Below, piece after piece: positions 25,788-32,000 of a stretch of DNA of 32,000 nucleotides (positions are counted from its first letter, which is position 1; each line of letters starts with the position of its first letter). Below the pieces are notes generated by a model. The model did not search any database. It worked only from the letters and a program-made list of their open reading frames with translations, and was not told where the DNA came from. Source of the stretch: Coprobacillaceae bacterium (GTDB lineage Bacteria > Bacillota_I > Bacilli_A > Erysipelotrichales > Coprobacillaceae); NCBI GenBank assembly GCA_963675515.1, contig OY776328.1, forward strand, positions 2,640,001-2,672,000, read 5' to 3'. Made by a program: the position numbers and the translations under genes.

Positions 25788-26284
25788 CTTCTTTGAGCAA
25801 TTGCTTCTTGATGGGCAGTAATTATTTCTTCCTTGTAAAGATAGTCATAGCCATAATCATAGAACTTTTCGCAATAGCCTGCCGCGGCAATCTTGGTCTG
25901 GAGCAGTTCACCGTCGACAAAAACCCAAAGCAGCAGCCTCCCGTAATTGTCCTCCCTGTCTCCCTCGGGATTTGATTGGACCTGGATCAGACTCGCCTGT
26001 GAAAGAAGCATCCGAGTGTATTCACTGGCCTCCTTGCCGTATGGTTCGATTTGTTTGGTCGATTCAGGCGTGTCGATATATAGCAGCCTGACTTTTTCGC
26101 TTTGACTGGCGATATTGAGATATACCGTATCACCATCGACCACCCGTTCCAATGTGGCAACAGCTTTGTTTGAATCATAATTGAAGCGACAAACCGGGCT
26201 GATCACAAGATTATAGATGGCATAGACAGCAAAGACAATGACAGTCACCACCATCAGCGGCGACTTGTGCAGCTGCCTATTCAC
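25772..26284 (-). CDS. Thermonuclease (staphylococcal nuclease-like) with N-terminal membrane anchor
   Basis: VVDGDTV, VRLLYIDTPES, YGKEAS and DNYGRLLLWV are SNase-fold motifs. With the GTG start at 26284 the N-terminus reads MNRQLHKSPLMVVTVIVFAVYAIYNLV, a charged stretch followed by a transmembrane helix. An alternative ATG is at 26254. Confidence 0.8.
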   Translation of the reverse strand: MNRQLHKSPLMVVTVIVFAVYAIYNLVISPVCRFNYDSNKAVATLERVVDGDTVYLNIASQSEKVRLLYIDTPESTKQIEPYGKEASEYTRMLLSQASLIQVQSNPEGDREDNYGRLLLWVFVDGELLQTKIAAAGYCEKFYDYGYDYLYKEEIITAHQEAIAQRRGIYE

Positions 26285-26864
26285 TGATACCCACCGCCTC
26301 TTTGGCGAGCTTGTCGACCATATCGTTGTAGTAATCGCCACTGTGGGCCGCAACCTTTACAAAAGTGATATTGATCTGTTTGCGGTACTTGTCGATTTTC
26401 TCGACGTATTCGATAGTTCCCGGTTTGCGGGCCTGCCATAATTTGTCAGCCCACTTTTCAATCCCCTCATAATCATAGTAGACAACAATCGATTTGTAAC
26501 CAAGCTTTATGGCATGATCGATCGCCTTGAGGCTTCCCAGGATCTCCCCGGCGACGTTTCGCATCGATGCATACTCGCTGTTTGTCCCCCGGCCCTTGAA
26601 TTTCTTGATAACCTGGTCATCCTTGATCAAAACACCGCCATAGCCATATGTCCTGGTGGCCAGGTTGAAGCTTCCATCGACATAGCAGATCACATCAGCC
26701 TTGATTACCCGTGGTGGTTTTTGTTCCATGAAATCCATGGCCGCCTCCCGTGTCCCAAACGACTTGTAGACCGCTCCCGAAAAATTGTAGACCTGCTTTT
26801 TGCAATCGTCCCAGCTTGTATATATTCCGGGTTTCAACCCTTTTTTAACCGCATAATATTTCAT
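26277..26864 (-). CDS. RNase H1 with N-terminal hybrid-binding domain
   Basis: The N-terminus MKYYAVKKGLKPGIYTSWDDCKKQVYNFSGAVYKSFGTREAAMDFM is an RNase H1 N-terminal (hybrid-binding) domain. An RNase H core follows, with acidic residues in YVDGS, AGEI, YYDY and NDMVD. The architecture matches Bacillus halodurans RNase H1. An AAGGAG RBS is present. Confidence 0.85.
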   Translation of the reverse strand: MKYYAVKKGLKPGIYTSWDDCKKQVYNFSGAVYKSFGTREAAMDFMEQKPPRVIKADVICYVDGSFNLATRTYGYGGVLIKDDQVIKKFKGRGTNSEYASMRNVAGEILGSLKAIDHAIKLGYKSIVVYYDYEGIEKWADKLWQARKPGTIEYVEKIDKYRKQINITFVKVAAHSGDYYNDMVDKLAKEAVGISE

Positions 26865-26886
26865 AGCCAACTCCTTATCACATGCT

Positions 26887-26915
26887 ATTCTATCAAACTT
26901 TCTCTAAATCCTCAA
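26887..26915 (-). promoter_or_regulatory. Candidate promoter of the RNase H1 / thermonuclease pair
   Basis: The minus strand reads TTGAGG, a 17-nt spacer, then TAGAAT with an extended TGa element. Confidence 0.5.
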
Positions 26916-26970
26916 CTTGATTTATTCCCCTTAATAACGGATAATGTAATTGAAGAAAGGAATTGATATT

Positions 26971-28167
26971 ATGTTGGAAAACAGATTTATCGAATATGTG
27001 AAAATAGACACCCAATCTTGCAGCGATTCCAAAAGCGCCCCAAGCACCGCCAAGCAGCTGGATTTGGCGAATCTGCTTGTAAGTCAATTACATGAATTGA
27101 ATGTTTCAAACGCCTATGTGGACGAGTTTGGCATCATCTACGCCCGTATCCAAGGAAACGGCGGATCCCAGGACACCATCGGATTCATCGCCCATATGGA
27201 CACCTCACCCGATGCCTGCGGGGCCAATGTCAATCCGCAGATAATCCGGAGTTATCAGGGCCAAAAAATCCAGTTGGGCCTGGACCGCTATCTTGATCCC
27301 GAGGAGTTCGAGTCCTTGAACAAAGTTATCGGCGACGATCTTATCGTTACCGATGGGACAAGCCTACTTGGCGGAGATGACAAGGCAGGTATCGCCATCA
27401 TAATGGAAATGATATCCCATCTAAATGACCACCCGGAAATCCTCCACGGCGACATTCAGATTGCCTTCACCCCTGATGAAGAGGTTGGCCGGGGAACCAA
27501 GAATTTCAACCTTGAAAAGTTCAACGCCAAATACGCCTACACCATCGATGGCGGGTTCATCGATGAGATCAGCTACGAAAACTTCAATGCCTACAGCGCC
27601 CAGGTCTCCATCACGGGAAAATCAGTCCATCCCGGAAGCGCCAAAAACAAAATGGTCTCCGCCAGCATGATCGCCATCGAATTCGATACAATGCTGCCGC
27701 TTCACAAACGCCCCTATTTCACCAGCGATTACGAAGGTTTCAACCACCTGACCCGGATCGAAGGCACCGTGGAACAGGCCACAATGGAATACATCCTGCG
27801 CAACCACGATATCGACAAGCTCAACAGCCAGATCGGCGAGTTCAACAAAATCGCCGCATTTTTAAATGACAAATATGGCTACCAGGCCGTCAGGATCAAG
27901 TTCGAGGAGTCGTATCTGAACATGTTGCCGATCATCGAAAAGAACTATCATATTATTGAAAACGTGATCAGGAACATGAAGGAAATGGGCATCAAGCCCA
28001 AGATCGTTCCGACCCGAGGTGGAACTGATGGGGCTTTGTTGAGCCATATGGGCTTGCCATGTCCCAACCTGGGTACCGGCGGAGCCAATTTCCATGGCCC
28101 ATATGAATTCGTGTCAGTTACCCAAATGGAAAAACAGGTCGAACTGTTAGTGAGGCTCGTGTCATGA
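26971..28167 (+). CDS. pepT: Peptidase T (tripeptide aminopeptidase, M20B)
   Basis: MLENRFIEYVKIDTQS..., GFIAHMDTSPD, GGDDKAGIA and FTPDEEVGRG are PepT motifs. I chose the start at 26971. Confidence 0.9.
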   Translation: MLENRFIEYVKIDTQSCSDSKSAPSTAKQLDLANLLVSQLHELNVSNAYVDEFGIIYARIQGNGGSQDTIGFIAHMDTSPDACGANVNPQIIRSYQGQKIQLGLDRYLDPEEFESLNKVIGDDLIVTDGTSLLGGDDKAGIAIIMEMISHLNDHPEILHGDIQIAFTPDEEVGRGTKNFNLEKFNAKYAYTIDGGFIDEISYENFNAYSAQVSITGKSVHPGSAKNKMVSASMIAIEFDTMLPLHKRPYFTSDYEGFNHLTRIEGTVEQATMEYILRNHDIDKLNSQIGEFNKIAAFLNDKYGYQAVRIKFEESYLNMLPIIEKNYHIIENVIRNMKEMGIKPKIVPTRGGTDGALLSHMGLPCPNLGTGGANFHGPYEFVSVTQMEKQVELLVRLVS

Positions 28168-29066
28168 AAACCGGATATTTCATAATCAACCCCAATGCGG
28201 GGCAACAAATAATCCAAGGAAAGCTTAAGGAAATCATCGGCCAACTGATACTTGACCAGTTCATCAACCGGGCTGAATGTGTCTATACCCAAAAAGACCT
28301 GATAATCGATGAGGTGGTCGATCTCTACAAGATCAGGAAATACGACTTCATCGTCGCGGTGGGTGGTGACGGGACCATCAACCAGGTTGTCGACTACATC
28401 GCCCGTCACGATATCGAAGTGCCGCTGGTAATATTGGGAGCGGGAACCGTCAACGATTTTGCTTCATTCGTCAAGATTCCCAGAACTTCTTCGAAAATAG
28501 TCAAGATGATCGAGGAATTCCACACCATCAAGACCGACATCGGCAAGATCAACGGCAGCCACTTCATCAACGTTGTCGCCGGGGGAATGTTCGCCGATGT
28601 ATCCTATATCACTTCAACCAGTGACAAGAAGATTCTCGGTCCGCTATCATACACCATCAAAGCCATATCCAATCTTCCAGACCACCTGAGCCGGCTGATA
28701 CCTTTGAAGATCAGGGTCGACAACCAGGAGTTCACCGTCGACGCAAGGATGTTTTTGGTAGCCAACTCCAAACACATCGCCGGATTCAACCGGATGGTTC
28801 CTTATGCATCGATCCAGGACGGCAAGCTCGATCTCCAGATTTTGAAAAACTGCAATGCTGTGGAACTTGTCCAATTCACGACCGAACTGCTCCTTGGAAA
28901 CCATGTCAATACACCAAAGGTCGAGTACTATCAAGGCAGCTCAATCGAAATTTCCAGCGATATCAATGACGTCTTTGTCGATATCGACGGCGAAAAGGGA
29001 CCAAGTCTGCCGATCAAAGTCGAGGCCTTGAAACAGAAACTGACGATAATAGTCCCGAAAGAGTAA
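28164..29066 (+). CDS. Diacylglycerol-kinase-family lipid kinase (YegS/BmrU type)
   Basis: FIINPNAG..., VAVGGDGTINQVV and LGAGTVNDFA motifs are present. Its start overlaps the pepT stop (ATGA). Confidence 0.85.
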   Translation: MKTGYFIINPNAGQQIIQGKLKEIIGQLILDQFINRAECVYTQKDLIIDEVVDLYKIRKYDFIVAVGGDGTINQVVDYIARHDIEVPLVILGAGTVNDFASFVKIPRTSSKIVKMIEEFHTIKTDIGKINGSHFINVVAGGMFADVSYITSTSDKKILGPLSYTIKAISNLPDHLSRLIPLKIRVDNQEFTVDARMFLVANSKHIAGFNRMVPYASIQDGKLDLQILKNCNAVELVQFTTELLLGNHVNTPKVEYYQGSSIEISSDINDVFVDIDGEKGPSLPIKVEALKQKLTIIVPKE

Positions 29067-29067
29067 C

Positions 29068-29096
29068 AAAAAAAGTGAGTCTGGCTCACTTTTTTA
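29068..29096. terminator. Bidirectional terminator between the lipid kinase and PspC-domain genes
   Basis: AAAAAGTGAG TCTGG CTCACTTTTTT is a hairpin flanked by an A-run and a T-run. Confidence 0.7.
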
Positions 29097-29282
29097 ATAT
29101 GGGCTTTCAGGAATGATGATGGCACAAATAATATAGGCCAACAATCCGGTCCCCCCCCCTAAAATCAACAATACCCACAGGATTCTTACCAGTGAAGAAT
29201 CGATATCGAAATATTCGCCGATTCCTCCGCAGACTCCCGCAAAGACCCGGTCTTGCCGGGAACGATACAACTTTTTGGTCAT
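29094..29282 (-). CDS. PspC-domain small membrane protein
   Basis: KLYRSRQDRVFAGVCGGIGEYFDIDSSLVRILWVLL is the PspC domain signature. A GAGGTGATAAT RBS is present. Confidence 0.8.
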   Translation of the reverse strand: MTKKLYRSRQDRVFAGVCGGIGEYFDIDSSLVRILWVLLILGGGTGLLAYIICAIIIPESPY

Positions 29283-29316
29283 ATTATCACCTCAATTACA
29301 TTATAGCACAATCGGC

Positions 29317-30414
29317 TCAATCGACAAGATAATTGTCGAGGATTGATTGAACCCGTCCCTTGTCAGTCAGATCGAAATTCGTATAGACAACCAGGCAGAC
29401 ATCTTCCCTGTTGAGGTAGAGATTGGAATAGAGCCCGAGGCTTTTGTCATAACCCAGGTAAACCCCTTCATCGATATTGTCGAGATGATCAAGATTGTGC
29501 GAGTCCAGATCCAGATAATCCTGGAATATCCTGTCCATAAGTTCTTCTGATGAAAATACATAGTAGTTGACCTGAAGCAAGTCGCCAAGCTTTCCCGAAT
29601 CCTCATCGACATCTCCCGCCTGTTCATAGTAGGAATATGAATACGGGATAAGATATGAGTGGTTGGTGGTGAACTGCACATCCACAGTCTTTCCTTCCAC
29701 TTCCAGCAGTTCCAATGAAATCGCCTGGTCAAGGTCACCAAGATATCTGTCATTGTCGTAGCTGTCCAGCCCAAACCCGATTACAAGAAGTATCCCGAAC
29801 ACCAGGGCTGAAACTCCCTTGGCATATCGCAGTTTTTCATGGCTGGAGACAACCGGGTTGTCATTGCGGTCTGATATCATCCGGCCCACCCTGCGTGCCT
29901 GCAGGCCATAGACCAAATTGAGCGCAACTGTGATGGCAATGCCCAGATACAACACCCATTCAAGCATGATCCGGCCATTGGTAAGATACTGGGCCACCTC
30001 GCCATTGTAAATGATGTTTACCAGGAATACGCCCCCAAGCAATATCGCCAGGGCTTTGAGTACCCTTTTAAGCAGTTCGCCTTTCAGGAAGTATTCTCCC
30101 AGCGGTTCATAGGGCAGCCGGTATTCAATTTCCTCAGGGCTTGAGAAGACATGGATGCCACTTACATGTCCCAGGTATTCATAACCTTGGACAGCCATTT
30201 TCTCGAACCATCCGATTTTTTCAACAGCGATTTCTTTCCTGCTTGTCTGATAGCTCACAAAAGGGACAGCCAGGTAATGTCTTCTTTCACCTTTTTTTAA
30301 GATGGCGATTCTTCCGACAGTGCTCGGGTTGTAGCCCGCTTGCGAATACTCGTTGAGCCGCTTTTCAAGCCATTTGAAGTCACTCGAACTATAATTCAAT
30401 GCAACAATTTTCAC
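29317..30414 (-). CDS. Membrane protein with DUF2812-like N-terminal domain
   Basis: The N-terminus KIVALNYSSSDFKWLEKRLNEYSQAGYNP resembles the DUF2812 pattern. Several transmembrane helices follow, then an acidic C-terminal domain. I prefer the GTG start at 30414 (GGAGA 8 nt upstream) to the TTG at 30429. Confidence 0.55.
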   Translation of the reverse strand: MKIVALNYSSSDFKWLEKRLNEYSQAGYNPSTVGRIAILKKGERRHYLAVPFVSYQTSRKEIAVEKIGWFEKMAVQGYEYLGHVSGIHVFSSPEEIEYRLPYEPLGEYFLKGELLKRVLKALAILLGGVFLVNIIYNGEVAQYLTNGRIMLEWVLYLGIAITVALNLVYGLQARRVGRMISDRNDNPVVSSHEKLRYAKGVSALVFGILLVIGFGLDSYDNDRYLGDLDQAISLELLEVEGKTVDVQFTTNHSYLIPYSYSYYEQAGDVDEDSGKLGDLLQVNYYVFSSEELMDRIFQDYLDLDSHNLDHLDNIDEGVYLGYDKSLGLYSNLYLNREDVCLVVYTNFDLTDKGRVQSILDNYLVD

Positions 30415-30472
30415 AGATTCATTCTCCAATCTCCAATTTGATCAAAATTCCCAAAAAAAGCAACCGGCGTAC

Positions 30473-31216
30473 CTAATTGCTTTTTTTTCGGGCCGCTTTG
30501 ATTCCCTGGATTATAACGTTCCGGGCCTTTATCGCATCTTCTTTTGAGAGCGGTTCAACCCCCTTGAGCGGGTAATCAAGATTCATGGTCTCATATTTGT
30601 TTACCCCCAGCACATGGTAAGGCAGGACATCGAGCGCCTTGACGTTTTTCAAAGTTCCGATGAATTCCCCAAGTTCGAAGAGATACTTGTCGTTCTGGGT
30701 GATTCCAGGCACCACGACATGACGGATCCACACCGGGATGTCCTTGTCCGAGAGGTAACGGGCAAATGCCAGGATGTTGTCATTCTTCTGTTGGGTCAGC
30801 TCGACATGTTCGATCGGATCGATATGCTTGAGATCAAGCATGACCAGCGAAGTGTACTTCATCAATTCGTCGAACCGGGCTGTGTTTTCCGGAGTGAAAG
30901 TGACTCCCGAAGTGTCCAGGCAGGTATGGATTCCTTTTTTATGGCAGACCCTGAACAGTTCCGTCACGAACTCCATTTGCATCAGCGGCTCTCCCCCAGT
31001 CAGGGTGATTCCGCCATTGACATAGAAGTTCTTCTTTTTGTTGTATTCCTGCATTATCTCATCAATTGTCATCTTTTTGCCGGTATTGAGTTCCCAGGTG
31101 TCCGGATTGTGGCAATATTTGCATCTCATCGGGCAACCCTGCAAAAAAACCACCAGCCTTAGCCCCGGCCCATCAACTGTTCCACACGATTCGATTGAAT
31201 GAACATAACCTTCCAT
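30473..31216 (-). CDS. pflA: Pyruvate formate-lyase (glycyl-radical enzyme) activating enzyme, radical SAM
   Basis: GYVHSIESCGTVDGPGLRLVVFLQGCPMRCKYCHNPDTW contains the CxxxCxxC cluster motif and the PflA-type N-terminus. An AGAAGGAGAAAA RBS is present. Confidence 0.9.
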   Translation of the reverse strand: MEGYVHSIESCGTVDGPGLRLVVFLQGCPMRCKYCHNPDTWELNTGKKMTIDEIMQEYNKKKNFYVNGGITLTGGEPLMQMEFVTELFRVCHKKGIHTCLDTSGVTFTPENTARFDELMKYTSLVMLDLKHIDPIEHVELTQQKNDNILAFARYLSDKDIPVWIRHVVVPGITQNDKYLFELGEFIGTLKNVKALDVLPYHVLGVNKYETMNLDYPLKGVEPLSKEDAIKARNVIIQGIKAARKKSN

Positions 31217-31541
31217 CTTATTTTCTCCTTCTCTAATTGTAAAAACGTTCCTATTTTTCTATTAAATCCTTCAGGCAATTCTTGATTTGAAATAATTTTT
31301 TATTAACTAGTCGGGAACACTCGGGACTTAAGTCTTGGGAGGTTCAAATTGTCAACATGATGTTTTCCAATTACATAATAGCACTATTGCGCCCATTTTC
31401 CCACCCAAACAATCTATCTGCGTGGCAAACCACTTTTACCGCCCGAACAGGCCTGAATGAACCCGACTAAAAAGCTCAGGCATATCATTTGTATTGAATG
31501 AAAATTTTGGGTATCATGAAATCAAGAAAAGAGGGTTGTCT

Positions 31542-32000
31542 ATGTGCTGTTATCTAAAATGCGCTAATGAAATCTGCCGGATCGAGCTGACCAACGCCAT
31601 AAGGGAAGCTGTGGACAGTTACTATTCATTGGAAAAAAATGCCCAGGTTCTTGATGATTTTTTCAATTATCACGATCTCAGTCGGGATATCCTCAAGAAT
31701 CTCGACAACACTTACGCCTTTTATCAAAACAACAAGATAATCGGCATATGTTCCTGGAAAAGGAACATGATCGAATACTTCATCTTCAACTTCAAGGCAA
31801 GTGAAAACAAACAAGCCTGTCGTTTTTTGAACGACATGATTGCCTTGAAATCCAGCCAGTATTTTGAAATCAAATCCGAATGCGTCGAGCAGTTTTTTCT
31901 TGGCAACGAATTTTTCAGAAACTGCGGTTTCACTTTGGAAAACACATTCTGCGACGATGAAAGCTGCTACAACATCTGGAAGTACCAGCCAGCTATCAGC
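31542..32000 (+). CDS. Partial ORF (153 codons, open to the window edge), possibly GNAT-fold
   Basis: This ORF is not in the supplied track because it has no stop codon in the window. ATG 31542 sits behind an AAGAGGG RBS and my hand translation found no stop. The tail ...QFFLGNEFFRNCGFTLEN resembles the GNAT C-terminal pattern. The N-terminus MCCYLKCANEIC is Cys-rich. Confidence 0.45.
   Translation, partial: MCCYLKCANEICRIELTNAIREAVDSYYSLEKNAQVLDDFFNYHDLSRDILKNLDNTYAFYQNNKIIGICSWKRNMIEYFIFNFKASENKQACRFLNDMIALKSSQYFEIKSECVEQFFLGNEFFRNCGFTLENTFCDDESCYNIWKYQPAIS

Noticed and set aside
31626-31945. Two minus-strand ORFs (62 and 73 aa) near the right edge.
   Set aside because: They are antisense to a longer plus-strand open frame that has an RBS. 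They have no RBS of their own.
1-32000. A search for CRISPR repeats, IS elements or transposases, integrases, prophage genes, toxin-antitoxin pairs and known defence genes.
   Set aside because: I found no direct-repeat arrays, terminal inverted repeats or matching protein signatures in any frame. The only repeated sequence is the pair of paralogous tRNA-Arg genes.

Overview
This 32-kb window is densely coded and looks like chromosomal DNA from a Gram-positive Bacillota-type organism. Supporting signs are strong GGAGG-type ribosome-binding sites (RBS), a T-box leader, a lipoprotein OppA and PTS genes. GC content is mid-40s percent by eye; the taxon cannot be placed more precisely. Content is mostly core metabolism and transport. 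In order: trpE-trpG-trpD behind a Trp T-box leader, an M18 aminopeptidase, a LysR regulator, metE and panBCD. Next come a monocistronic eRF1/Pelota-like (baeRF-type) gene, a Cof-type HAD phosphatase and two tandem tRNA-Arg genes (CCG and CCT). Then follow AEC and AI-2E transporters preceded by a low-GC hypothetical gene, a small divergent membrane protein, and a nanE / PTS EIICB / rpiR cassette. The rest holds oppABCDF, an RNase H1 gene overlapping a membrane-anchored thermonuclease gene, pepT overlapping a lipid kinase gene, a PspC-domain protein, a DUF2812-like membrane protein, pflA without an adjacent pflB, and a partial GNAT-like ORF that runs off the right edge. I found no CRISPR array, transposase, integrase, phage genes or recognisable defence or toxin-antitoxin module. 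The best candidates for new biology are modest. They are the stand-alone eRF1-like protein (10669-11814), the low-GC gene whose product looks like a catalytically degenerate GT2 glycosyltransferase (15173-16153), a three-segment alternative-helix element in the oppA 5' UTR, and a perfect 24-bp palindrome upstream of the nanE operon. All functional calls come from reading the translated ORFs and motifs by eye; no database search was run.
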